Positions 24,828 through 34,234 of a DNA stretch of 64,000 bases are shown in pieces. This DNA comes from Candidatus Campbellbacteria bacterium (GTDB taxonomy: Bacteria > Patescibacteriota > Minisyncoccia > Phycocordibacterales > EsbW-18). Numbering within the stretch: the stretch's first letter is position 1; the number at the start of each line of letters is the position of its first letter. A program made the position numbers and the translations under genes. The notes under the pieces were generated by a model. It ran no database searches. It worked only from the letters and a program-made list of their open reading frames with translations, and had not been told where the DNA came from. Where the stretch lies: NCBI GenBank assembly GCA_016699465.1, contig CP064977.1, positions 204,993-268,992 on the forward strand. The letters run 5' to 3'.

Positions 24828-26333
24828 CCTATGCCGGAAGACGGCGGAAGTACCCCGAGTAAGGAGTTCGTGCTAGACACGAGCTCCATGATGTACGCAC
24901 CACAAATTGCTGACCCCTTGCAGTCCCCCTTTGAGAATCATGAAGTCGTGATTCCCATTGTGGCCCTGCTCGAGCTCGACAATTTGAAGTTGGACCCGAT
25001 GCGTGGAAACAGTGCTCGGGAGGTGATTCGAATCCTCCAAAGCACGTTTCCCTCCAAGGAAAGCATGTGCGAAGGAGTCGCCACACATGGCGGAGGTCGC
25101 ATGCGCATCGTGGGAGCAAACGGAGGAAGTTTCCAGCTCCCTCGAGAGTACCAAGGCAATTCGGGAGATGATTTTATCCTCCGTGTTGCCGGAAACCTCA
25201 CCGAGGCCGAAGGGAAAAAATCTTTGGACGAACGAAAGATGGTCATCCTCGTTTCCAAGGATATTTCCCTTCGCTCAAAGGCGCGGGCGGCTGGGATTGA
25301 GGCCCAAGACCTGCGCATCGGGAAAGTCGAGCGACCGCAAAGCCTTGCTCCACGTATTGTGGATATCGAGGTGCCGACAGAGCTCATCGACGAGCTCTAC
25401 CAGAAACGGTCCATCTCCATCGACGGCTTGGAGTTGCCATTTGGACTCCACGTCAACGCATGCTGTCGCCTCACCAACCCCGAGGGCACTAAACACGCCC
25501 TTGGAATCTACGTGCCCGGCGAACGCATCGTCGTGGTGCATAAGAACAATGACAAAGGAAGAAAAGGCGTGAGTCCGCGCAATGCGGAACAACTCTTCGC
25601 CTACAACCTTGTCATGCGTTCTGAGCTCCTCGTCAATCTGTTCATCGGAAAGGCTGGGACGGGTAAGACGCTGATGGCGCTGAAGGCGGGAATCGAATTG
25701 TTGTCGATTCCCGAGGCGCAAATCAACCGGATTATCTGTTTCCGGCCCATGATTGAGATTGGAACCCCGCTTGGATTCCTCCCCGGAAGTTCCGGAGAGA
25801 AATTCGCTCCGTGGGGTACTCCGATTTACTCAAACCTTGACCTTCTGTTCCCGCGCCATTCCGACAAAAACGGAAACGACGAAGAAAACGAGAACAATGG
25901 GCATGAGGACAAGCACACTGGAAACGGTAACGGTAGCAACGGAGACGTAAAGAAGTTGAAGCGCTCCAAACAGCCTCCGGACCCGCGAGAGAAACTCTCA
26001 CGTCTTCTTGAAACGGGAGTTATCTCGGTTCGTCCTTTCACGTTCGTGAGAGGAACGACATTCTCAAATGCCCTCATCATCGTTGACGAGGCGCAGAACC
26101 TCACTCCTCACCAGCTCAAGGCAGTCCTCACACGGGCAGGTGATTGTTCACGGATTGTGGTGACAGGCGACCTCACGCAAATCGACGACCCCAAACTCGA
26201 CGCCTCTTCATGTGGCCTTGCAAAGGCCCTCGAGCGAATGAGGGGACATGCCGAGTTTGCCGCCATTGAACTGGTGAAAGGCGAACGTTCGCGTCTTGCC
26301 ACACTCGTTTCAGAGTTGTTCATCGACCTCTAG
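24828..26333 (+). CDS. PhoH2-like protein (N-terminal PIN domain plus PhoH ATPase).
   Basis: PIN-like N-terminus (VLDTS...), Walker A GKAGTGKT, PhoH C-terminus. RBS aaaggag precedes the ATG at 24828. About 55% GC. Internal low-complexity insert DKNGNDEENENNGHEDKHTGNGNGSNGD. Confidence 0.75.
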   Translation, partial: PMPEDGGSTPSKEFVLDTSSMMYAPQIADPLQSPFENHEVVIPIVALLELDNLKLDPMRGNSAREVIRILQSTFPSKESMCEGVATHGGGRMRIVGANGGSFQLPREYQGNSGDDFILRVAGNLTEAEGKKSLDERKMVILVSKDISLRSKARAAGIEAQDLRIGKVERPQSLAPRIVDIEVPTELIDELYQKRSISIDGLELPFGLHVNACCRLTNPEGTKHALGIYVPGERIVVVHKNNDKGRKGVSPRNAEQLFAYNLVMRSELLVNLFIGKAGTGKTLMALKAGIELLSIPEAQINRIICFRPMIEIGTPLGFLPGSSGEKFAPWGTPIYSNLDLLFPRHSDKNGNDEENENNGHEDKHTGNGNGSNGDVKKLKRSKQPPDPREKLSRLLETGVISVRPFTFVRGTTFSNALIIVDEAQNLTPHQLKAVLTRAGDCSRIVVTGDLTQIDDPKLDASSCGLAKALERMRGHAEFAAIELVKGERSRLATLVSELFIDL

Positions 26334-26367
26334 TTTTCGTTCTTTGATTAGTACATACACACCACAA

Positions 26368-26400
26368 CCGCACACTCCTGTGCGGTTGTTTTCTATTTAT
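26368..26400 (+). terminator. Intrinsic terminator after phoH2.
   Basis: aaccgcacactcctgtgcggtt followed by gttttctattt. Confidence 0.7.
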
Positions 26401-26417
26401 ATAGATTTTAGTGACAG

Positions 26418-27698
26418 TTAGCGTTTACTCCACTCGCTCCCTTGTCGAACAAGGAGTGTATCTGCTTGATCGGGATGTGCAAGAAGTTCTTTCGTCACAC
26501 GCTCAACACGCACTGATTGAGATCCTTTAAGCAACACCACATCACCTTCTTTCAAAATACTTTTCACGAAAAGACCCGCATCTCGAGATGACTCAAAACT
26601 TTCAATTCGTACCACACCAACTTCTCGCGCACGATTCACAGCACCTCGCATACGATTACCAATTGTTACCAGCACATCAATACCCGCGCACTGAGCACCA
26701 ACGTCTGCATGTGCCTTTTCTGAAAATGCTCCTAATTCCATCATGTCGCCCAACACGGCGATTTTTCGTTTCCCTTGAATTTCTAGTAGTGTTTGTAACG
26801 CACTCTCCACAGCAATTGGAGATGCATTGTATGTGTCATCTATCAGCGTTGTCCCGTGAAGCCCTTCAAGAAGACGCATACGCCCTGGGGGAAGCACCAC
26901 ATCACGCAACGCGTCTGTTACATGAACAAGATTGAGTCCATTTGAAAGTCCGAATGCACACGCTGCCAAACATGGGTACATAAGATGTTCACCCACAATA
27001 CCCCGTACGTTAAGAGGAACGATATTACCTGCGTGTAGTATTTGAAATGTGCACCCCGTTGGTGTTCCCGCAGAATCATACAGCACTGTGTACGAATCAC
27101 CACGAACATCCGCATTTTCGTCGAGCCCATACGTCAGTGTTTTGAATTTTGAACCATCCTTTAAACTGCGAACACGCTCGTCGTCGTATGACAAAATAAG
27201 AGTTCCTGTAGAAGACAATCCATCAATGATTTTCTTTTTCTCCTGAAACACTTCCTCAGGCGAAGTAAAAAATTCAACGTGCACAGGTGTTGAACCAATG
27301 CGCGTCATAATGACACAATCAATATGGAGCCACGAAACAGAACGTGCCATATCACCTGGATGATCAACCCCCATTTCAAGAACAAGCCATTTTGGATACG
27401 TGTGTGTAAAGCAAATGAGTCCAAGTCCGTGAAAAAAAATCTTGAGCCATCCAGAAACACTTCCCCACGCACTTTCACACCCAAGAACAGTAAGCGGAAT
27501 ACCCAGTTCTGAGTTATAACTTTTTTCGCTCGCACGCACCGAGCCCAAAAGCGACGCAACGCGTGCAACGGCGTCTTTCGTTGATGTTTTACCAACACTT
27601 CCCGTTACACCAATAATGCGCGGTGCGTATTTTGCCAACACACAACGAGCCTCAAGCGTGAGAATTCCGACAACAATTTTTTTAAAAAATGATTTCAT
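26418..27698 (-). CDS. murF: UDP-MurNAc-tripeptide--D-Ala-D-Ala ligase.
   Basis: Mur ligase motif GVTGSVGKTSTKD; sits in the division/cell-wall cluster. Confidence 0.75.
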   Translation of the reverse strand: MKSFFKKIVVGILTLEARCVLAKYAPRIIGVTGSVGKTSTKDAVARVASLLGSVRASEKSYNSELGIPLTVLGCESAWGSVSGWLKIFFHGLGLICFTHTYPKWLVLEMGVDHPGDMARSVSWLHIDCVIMTRIGSTPVHVEFFTSPEEVFQEKKKIIDGLSSTGTLILSYDDERVRSLKDGSKFKTLTYGLDENADVRGDSYTVLYDSAGTPTGCTFQILHAGNIVPLNVRGIVGEHLMYPCLAACAFGLSNGLNLVHVTDALRDVVLPPGRMRLLEGLHGTTLIDDTYNASPIAVESALQTLLEIQGKRKIAVLGDMMELGAFSEKAHADVGAQCAGIDVLVTIGNRMRGAVNRAREVGVVRIESFESSRDAGLFVKSILKEGDVVLLKGSQSVRVERVTKELLAHPDQADTLLVRQGSEWSKR

Positions 27699-27716
27699 CC
27701 CGTTACTATTAGTGAT

Positions 27717-29459
27717 TTAGCGTTGTTGTCTATCAGGTGGAACCTCATAATAGTTAATAAGAAAATCAACAGTATCCATGAACGGCAACGTAAACGTCTG
27801 TGAGGCAAAGCTAGTCCCATGTGGTTCCTCAGCAAAGAAAAACACGAGAAACCTCGGCTGGTACGCAGGAAAGTATCCAAAGAACGAGTGAAGGTACCGG
27901 TCATCATAGTAACCACTTGCACCCTTTTTAGCAATTTGTGCCGTTCCTGTCTTTGCCGCTATTGCGTAGGTATCTTTTTTAACTGTTCCGTTCAACAAAT
28001 ATTCATCAACCACTTGCACTAACATTCGCGTGATTGTTTCACTTGTTTCTGGACGTATCACTTGTTTCCCCTCGGGGTATGCAATCGATTTTGAAAAACC
28101 AAGGTCGTAGGTAATTTCTTGAGCGACATGTGGAAAAATAAGTTTGCCTCCATTCGCGAGAGTGGAAAGTGCGCGCACCATTGCAATTGGCGTCACTGCA
28201 ATTCCCTGTCCAAATGCCGCAGTAATGTGTTCCAAGTCACGAGATGTTTCAAGTGATCGCAAGTTTCCGGCAACTTCTCCCGGAAGATCAATACCTGTCT
28301 CTTTTTCCAAACCAAATTCCTTCATGTATTCAGTAAAACGTTCATTCCCTAAACGTGAAACGACAAACGCCATTCCTGTGTTGAGTGAATTTCCCAACAC
28401 CTTTACCATATTCGTATTTGGTCCTCGTCCTTTGAGGTCATAGTTCCATACCGTCGCACCATTTGCCTTCACAAACCCATTATCGGTGTACGTCGTATTT
28501 GGTGTCACAACTCCAGCATCCAAACCTGCGGCCATAGTAAGCGGTTTCATAATAGAACCCATCTCAAATGTTCCTTCAACCATTGGATTACCAAACACCA
28601 TCGGATCTTGTATGCCAGAAAAATCATTTGGATTAAATGTCGGCAATGTTGCCATTGCATAAATCGCTCCCGTCATCGGGTCAATAATGATACCTCCTAC
28701 TGTTTTGGGAGTAAGCTCTTTGTTTACTTTTGCAAGAACATCTTCAAGAAATCCTTGCACCGTTGGTTCAATCGTAGTCACTACATCGCCCTCACCTTCA
28801 TCACTTTGTGTACGAGCAACTTCTTTTACTGTTGAAAAGATTTCGACAAAGATATTTTTGTATAATTTTTTATCATTCCTCTGTAACACGCGCTCATAAA
28901 AACGTTCAAGGCCATACTGTCCACCAAACGTGTCTCCATCAAAACCGACAAAACCAATTGTGTTCGCAGCGCGCTCTTCCCCTGGGTACAAACGCCAGCG
29001 CTCTTTTTCAAGTGTTACCCCTTTAATATCAAGTGCGTCTATAGTATGTGCTGCCTGTGCGTCAAGACGATGAGCAACTACTTCATAAGTATCTTTTTTC
29101 TTTTCTGCGCGCAAAAGAAAATCTTGTTCATCCAAAGTAGGTAGTACTACGCGTATCTTTTCATACGCATCACGTGCATTACTAATGTGTGACGGATTGA
29201 GAGTGAGAGAGAAACCTGAATCAAGTGTGGCTGCCGAAACACGTTGTCCATTTTTATCTTGGAAAAAAATTGCCCCCCGATCAAAAAGTCCACCACTCGG
29301 ACGCGCATACTGGTGGTCCGCCTGCTCAAGAAACGAATCCCCGTGTACTACCTGCACAAGGTAGAGCTTAGATACAAGCCCGAGTGCAAGCACAAAAAAC
29401 ATAACAAAAAGAACACGACCTCGTGTACGAAACATGTCACTACTAATAGGCACGGTCAT
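27717..29459 (-). CDS. ftsI: Class B penicillin-binding protein (FtsI/PBP3-like).
   Basis: SIMKP (SxxK), SLN and KTGTA motifs. Lies in the mraZ-rsmH-ftsL-ftsI-murF order. Confidence 0.8.
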   Translation of the reverse strand: MTVPISSDMFRTRGRVLFVMFFVLALGLVSKLYLVQVVHGDSFLEQADHQYARPSGGLFDRGAIFFQDKNGQRVSAATLDSGFSLTLNPSHISNARDAYEKIRVVLPTLDEQDFLLRAEKKKDTYEVVAHRLDAQAAHTIDALDIKGVTLEKERWRLYPGEERAANTIGFVGFDGDTFGGQYGLERFYERVLQRNDKKLYKNIFVEIFSTVKEVARTQSDEGEGDVVTTIEPTVQGFLEDVLAKVNKELTPKTVGGIIIDPMTGAIYAMATLPTFNPNDFSGIQDPMVFGNPMVEGTFEMGSIMKPLTMAAGLDAGVVTPNTTYTDNGFVKANGATVWNYDLKGRGPNTNMVKVLGNSLNTGMAFVVSRLGNERFTEYMKEFGLEKETGIDLPGEVAGNLRSLETSRDLEHITAAFGQGIAVTPIAMVRALSTLANGGKLIFPHVAQEITYDLGFSKSIAYPEGKQVIRPETSETITRMLVQVVDEYLLNGTVKKDTYAIAAKTGTAQIAKKGASGYYDDRYLHSFFGYFPAYQPRFLVFFFAEEPHGTSFASQTFTLPFMDTVDFLINYYEVPPDRQQR

Positions 29460-29763
29460 GCAAAGTCAACGTATGAGCATCTTGACGAGAAACAAACAAC
29501 GAAACGTCTGTATCAATAAAACCTCGCATATGTGCATCATCCAACGTCAATAAATCCATACGACGCATATAGTCATGCTCAAGCGTACTCACTGAAGCTG
29601 CGGTATCAGCCACCTGCTGTTTCAGAATATCTTGATCAACAGCACGCGCATACGTCTGTACTGCCAATACTCCATACATCACAAGAACACTACACAGCGT
29701 CATACTTAATGTAACGATTGCTTTCTTGTAGAGCGTATTCAGTTGGAAGAGGTCGCGAACCAT
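29443..29763 (-). CDS. ftsL: FtsL-like cell division protein.
   Basis: 106 aa with a single TM and a coiled coil; position conserved between rsmH and ftsI. Confidence 0.6.
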   Translation of the reverse strand: MVRDLFQLNTLYKKAIVTLSMTLCSVLVMYGVLAVQTYARAVDQDILKQQVADTAASVSTLEHDYMRRMDLLTLDDAHMRGFIDTDVSLFVSRQDAHTLTLHDRAY

Positions 29764-29768
29764 GTGTG

Positions 29769-29805
29769 TAGATATTAGATATTAGATATTAGATATTAGA
29801 TATTT
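29769..29805. repeat. Heptanucleotide microsatellite (gatatta) x4 plus one variant, immediately upstream of the ftsL start codon.
   Basis: The sequence tagatattagatattagatattagatattagatattt is directly visible. Confidence 0.9.
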
Positions 29806-29844
29806 GGTTCTTTTGTTTGGAATGTGATGCTTGGTTATTGATGC

Positions 29845-30726
29845 TTATTTCTCTAGTATTCTCAACTTTGCACTACGTGATCGTGGATTTCGCCGTACTT
29901 CGTCAAAACCTGGGGGAATAGGCTTCTTAGTAATTCGTGTACTTCCCTCTTTCTCTTTTTCTTTAAAAAATTCTTTTACTTTTCTATCCTCTAAACTATG
30001 AAAACTTACCACTGCCATTCGTCCTCCCTTCTTTAAAACCTCATACCCTTTAGCTAAACCTTCGTCGAGCGCCCCTAGTTCATCATTCACTGCGATACGA
30101 AGTGCTTGGAATGTTCTCGTTGCTGGATGAATTGGTCCACCTTTGTATCCGAGTGCTGTCGTAATGACTTCAACTAATTGCGTCGTTGTCTCAATCGGAG
30201 CCTTTCGTCTCGCTTCAACAATTGCTTTAGCAATTTTTTTGGCGTTTCGTTCTTCTGCGTAGCCAGTGAGTACATTCGCGATTTCATCTTCTTTCCATGA
30301 GTTCACAATATCTCGTGCGGTGAAGTGTTCTGCGTCCTGCTTTTCTCGAAAGGTCATGAGGAGTGGTTCATCTCGCATAAAACTGAATCCTCTCCCTGAC
30401 TCTTCAAGTTGTGTGGAACTCAATCCAAGGTCAAATGCGATACCATCAACTTCTGAAATACCAAGTGTTGCAAGTGCCTCATCCACATCACGAAAGTTTG
30501 CATGAACTAAATGAAGTGTGCACGGTACGTCTGCAAGTGTTTCTTTCGCTCGCGCAAGTGCACCTTCATCTTGATCCAATCCGACAACCACACCGGTTGG
30601 ACCAACTGCGTCACATAATGCTTTCGTGTATCCGGCACCACCAACAGTTGCATCAACTACCGTCGCACCTTTTGGCAGGTTTAATCCTTCAATCACGTGT
30701 TGTAAAAGAACAGGAACGTGGGTCAT
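29845..30726 (-). CDS. rsmH: 16S rRNA m4C1402 methyltransferase.
   Basis: MTHVPVLLQHVIEGL...VDATVGGAGYTKAL matches the RsmH/MraW N-terminus. Confidence 0.85.
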   Translation of the reverse strand: MTHVPVLLQHVIEGLNLPKGATVVDATVGGAGYTKALCDAVGPTGVVVGLDQDEGALARAKETLADVPCTLHLVHANFRDVDEALATLGISEVDGIAFDLGLSSTQLEESGRGFSFMRDEPLLMTFREKQDAEHFTARDIVNSWKEDEIANVLTGYAEERNAKKIAKAIVEARRKAPIETTTQLVEVITTALGYKGGPIHPATRTFQALRIAVNDELGALDEGLAKGYEVLKKGGRMAVVSFHSLEDRKVKEFFKEKEKEGSTRITKKPIPPGFDEVRRNPRSRSAKLRILEK

Positions 30727-30811
30727 AGCTTCTCTAGCTTCGTTAGCCGTGCTAGCTTCATTAAGCTTTGGAACCTCAAGCTAGCGAAGCTAATACAGCT
30801 ACTTAAGCTCA

Positions 30812-31243
30812 TCATAGGGCTCCAATTCCACCGAGATGTTCAGCAAGCATATCTGCTTCTTTCTCAATGCGGTGCTTGTATGCATCCCACGCTTTTTCAT
30901 TCCAAATCTCCGCTCGTGTCTGCACACCTGTTACCACGACCTTGTTTTTCAAATCAGCGAAGTCTTTCAAAAAGTCGGGAATGAGCATGCGACCAGCGCC
31001 ATCAACATCAACCTCAACTGCACCAGAGAGCATAAATCGTGTGAACCCTCGCATACTTGCTTGACCCATACCGAGCTCACCAAGTCGTTGTGAAATGTTC
31101 TGCCACTCTTTGCTTGAGTAAATAAACAAACATCCTTCGAGTCCTCTCGTAATCACTAATTTTTTTCCAAGCTCCTGACGAAACTTCACAGGAAGCGAAA
31201 GTCGCTTCTTGTCGTCCAGTGTGTGAATGTATTCGCCGATAAG
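30812..31243 (-). CDS. mraZ: Transcriptional regulator MraZ.
   Basis: MLIGEYIHTLDDKKRLSLPVKFR is the MraZ signature. The track ORF extends N-terminally to 31525, probably spuriously. Confidence 0.8.
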   Translation of the reverse strand, partial: LIGEYIHTLDDKKRLSLPVKFRQELGKKLVITRGLEGCLFIYSSKEWQNISQRLGELGMGQASMRGFTRFMLSGAVEVDVDGAGRMLIPDFLKDFADLKNKVVVTGVQTRAEIWNEKAWDAYKHRIEKEADMLAEHLGGIGAL

Positions 31244-31472
31244 CATGATTGAAATAAATGATGAGAGTAACGCCACATCCGGTGCGTTTTTAAAAAGACA
31301 GGGTAAGAAACTGGATGTGGTCAGTTTCCCACTTTGTCCCACATAAATAGTATTGTATGACATTCTGCCCCACATGCAAACACAGTTATCCACTTTTTGG
31401 AATGCGAAAAGAGGCTGCATTGTGGGCAGCCTCTTGTTTTTTTTGACCTCCTTTCTTGAAAGAGCAATTTCT

Positions 31473-32060
31473 CTATTTCTGTGGATACCTGAACCACATG
31501 ATGACAGTGGATGAGTACGAGCCAATGAAACCCGTCGAAACGAGCATCAAAGGAATGTCCTTGCGGACGAACCCGTACACCAACCAAGCAACGACTGCGG
31601 CCAGGTAGATCATTTGCAGTTCAACTGCAACCGCCCCTCGAGATCGGTTCTTCCTTATTGTCCACGCCTGGACAAACGATGCCAAGATCCCAAGAGTCGA
31701 GAAGACCACGAAGAGTGTCGGCGCGAGAATTCCCGACACCATGGTCGCAAGCCCCAACAGGTAGATACACCCAAGAGCGATGTGCTCCCTCTCGACCCTT
31801 CCATACTTGACGAACCCAATCGACACAGGAAGCGAGAAGGCCACACGAAGCCACCCTTGGAACATCATCGGCACACTGCTCTGCTTCGTTCCGTAAATCA
31901 AAAATGCAGTGAACATTGCGAGGAATGTGATAACCCACGTCCCCGAGACTGACTTTGCCGACTTACCGCCCCAGATGAGGCGGTTTTGCTTCCAGAGCCC
32001 CCAAGATCCGAGGATCCCAAAGACTACCGCAAGCAACCCAGCAATCTCACCTAGAGTCAT
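31473..32060 (-). CDS. GC-rich polytopic membrane protein of unknown function.
   Basis: Six or more hydrophobic segments; about 55% GC, unlike its neighbours. Confidence 0.5.
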   Translation of the reverse strand: MTLGEIAGLLAVVFGILGSWGLWKQNRLIWGGKSAKSVSGTWVITFLAMFTAFLIYGTKQSSVPMMFQGWLRVAFSLPVSIGFVKYGRVEREHIALGCIYLLGLATMVSGILAPTLFVVFSTLGILASFVQAWTIRKNRSRGAVAVELQMIYLAAVVAWLVYGFVRKDIPLMLVSTGFIGSYSSTVIMWFRYPQK

Positions 32061-32168
32061 TACCCTAGTTCCATTTCTGGTCGCTTTAGACGACCTGTTT
32101 TACTGAAGAGTTATTCCCCTTCAGATTCTGGTATAAGTATAGCAGATATTAAGTATTTGTCAATACCT

Positions 32169-33626
32169 CTACTGTTCGTTACGCGGACGCATGAGTGGAA
32201 AAATTTGGCCTTCGCGAACATTCAAATTCATAAGAAAACTAAAGAGTCGTTCAGAGACTCCAAAACCAAATGTTGGTGGCATGCCGTACTCCATTGCTTC
32301 AACATATTCCATGTCTGCCATCTGTGCTTCTTCATCACCTTTATCACGCAATGACTGTTGATGAAGAAATCGTTCTCGTTGATCCACAGGGTCATTGAGT
32401 TCACTAAATCCCTTCCCCATTTCAGAACCAGCAAGAATAACTTGGAATCGCTCAACTGTTGCATTGTCATTTCGTGAGCGTTTCGCAAGAGGTTCAAGGT
32501 ATACAGGAACACCAATAAGAAATGCCGGTCCACTTATTGTTTTACGAATATTTTTCCAAAGTCCATCAACGGCGCGCTCTTTGGATTCAGGAACAGGCAT
32601 GTGTGGGTTTGTTTTTTTGTAGAGCGCGATAGCATCTGCTTCAGAAACAGTTCGTGGATCAATACCATATTCTTTTTGGATAACGTCGCAGAAGTGAATG
32701 CGCGGCCACTCACTATTCAAATCAATGTTAAATTCTCCAATCGTAAACTGCGTGGTACCAAATGTTTTTTCTGCTACTGTTCGATACAGTTCCTGTACCA
32801 TACGCATCCCTGTTTCGTAATCAGCGTATGCTTCGTAACTTTCAAGTTGTGTATAGTCTTGCAAGTGCTCCGCAGACATTCCCTCATTGCGAAAAATACG
32901 TCCAATCTCAAATGTTTTCGGAATACCAGCAACCATCAACTTTTTTTGCCACAACTCTCCACATGAGATACGTAGAAATACATCGATATCCAACGCGTTG
33001 TGATGTGTCACAAAAGGACGAGCTTCTGCCCCTCCGGTGACTGTCTCAAGAACAGGTGTCTCTACCTCTGTGTATCCGTGCTCGAGGTAAAATGAACGCA
33101 TTGCATTCCAAAAAATCGAGCGTTTTTCAACAACCTGCCGTGCAGTTTCATTTGTCAGAATATCTAAATACCGACGACGGAGTCGCTCTTCTGAATCAGT
33201 AATACCAACCCACTTCTCAGGAAGTGATCGGAGTGATTTTGAAAGCATTGCCCACGAGGACACGAGCACGCTTGGCTCGCCTCGTTTTGTTTTTGTTGGA
33301 ACACCAGAGAGATCAACAAAGTCACCAACATCAACGGTATCTACAAAAAGTGTAAACGCATCACCAAGTCCTTCGTGTTTAAAATATCCCTGGATCTTTC
33401 CTGTGCCGTCAAAAATATCTGCGAACATCATTTCTCCATGTTCACGAACTGCCATCACACGCCCCGCAACAGTAACTGAAACTCCATCTGCTTTTGCATC
33501 AAAATCATTTAGAACATCACCAATAGTTGTGGTGCGTCCTGAGACCGCAGGATACGCAGAAATACCCTTTTCCTCCAAAAGGTGAAGCTTTTTAAGCCGA
33601 TCATTTCGAATATCTTCTAGGGACAT
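32169..33626 (-). CDS. lysS: Lysyl-tRNA synthetase (class II).
   Basis: OB-fold N-terminal domain plus class II motifs; 485 aa. Confidence 0.85.
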   Translation of the reverse strand: MSLEDIRNDRLKKLHLLEEKGISAYPAVSGRTTTIGDVLNDFDAKADGVSVTVAGRVMAVREHGEMMFADIFDGTGKIQGYFKHEGLGDAFTLFVDTVDVGDFVDLSGVPTKTKRGEPSVLVSSWAMLSKSLRSLPEKWVGITDSEERLRRRYLDILTNETARQVVEKRSIFWNAMRSFYLEHGYTEVETPVLETVTGGAEARPFVTHHNALDIDVFLRISCGELWQKKLMVAGIPKTFEIGRIFRNEGMSAEHLQDYTQLESYEAYADYETGMRMVQELYRTVAEKTFGTTQFTIGEFNIDLNSEWPRIHFCDVIQKEYGIDPRTVSEADAIALYKKTNPHMPVPESKERAVDGLWKNIRKTISGPAFLIGVPVYLEPLAKRSRNDNATVERFQVILAGSEMGKGFSELNDPVDQRERFLHQQSLRDKGDEEAQMADMEYVEAMEYGMPPTFGFGVSERLFSFLMNLNVREGQIFPLMRPRNEQ

Positions 33627-33692
33627 AAGTCATGTAGCACGTAACGTGTAGTAATCAGTGCTTCGTGTTACATGTTACACGATACATGCACC

Positions 33693-34163
33693 CTAGTCGA
33701 TAGAGACCACTGTGTATTCAATGTTTTTTCCCGAAGGCGTCGCGAAGGTAAATGTTTCTCCTTTTTCCTTACCAACAAGGGCACGACCAAGTGGTGACTG
33801 AAACGAAATACGACCAGCCGACGTATCCGCCTCTTCCGAACCAACAACAAGAAGTTCCTTCTTTTCTGTATCACCTTTTTTCTGGATAGTAACCGATGAA
33901 CCAACTTCAACAGTATTACTGTGATGCTTTTTTATAATTTCTGCTGACTTTAAAAGGCCGACGAGATATTTAATGCGTGATTCTATTTGTCCCTGCATTT
34001 GGCGTGCTTGTTGATATTCTGCGTTTTCAGATAGATCTCCGAGAGAGCGCGCGTACTCCAACTGCTGAGCTGTTTCATTTCGTTTAGTAGTAATTAAAAA
34101 ATCAAGCTCCTGTTTGAGCTCATCATGTTTTTCTTTTGTTACGTATTGTTTTTCGTCACCCAT
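33693..34163 (-). CDS. greA: Transcription elongation factor GreA.
   Basis: SLGDLSENAEYQQAR coiled coil plus a C-terminal FKBP-like domain. Confidence 0.85.
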   Translation of the reverse strand: MGDEKQYVTKEKHDELKQELDFLITTKRNETAQQLEYARSLGDLSENAEYQQARQMQGQIESRIKYLVGLLKSAEIIKKHHSNTVEVGSSVTIQKKGDTEKKELLVVGSEEADTSAGRISFQSPLGRALVGKEKGETFTFATPSGKNIEYTVVSID

Positions 34164-34234
34164 AAGTATATGCGTACCGACTGTGCAGTACGATGGGCTA
34201 TTCTACCTGTTTTGGAGCCCAAAAACAAGTGTCC

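Noticed and set aside
31244-31525. Long N-terminal extension of mraZ (237-aa track ORF).
   Set aside because: MraZ proteins are about 140-150 aa, and the canonical MraZ N-terminus begins at MLIGEYIHTLDDKKR. The upstream region overlaps the convergent membrane-protein gene.
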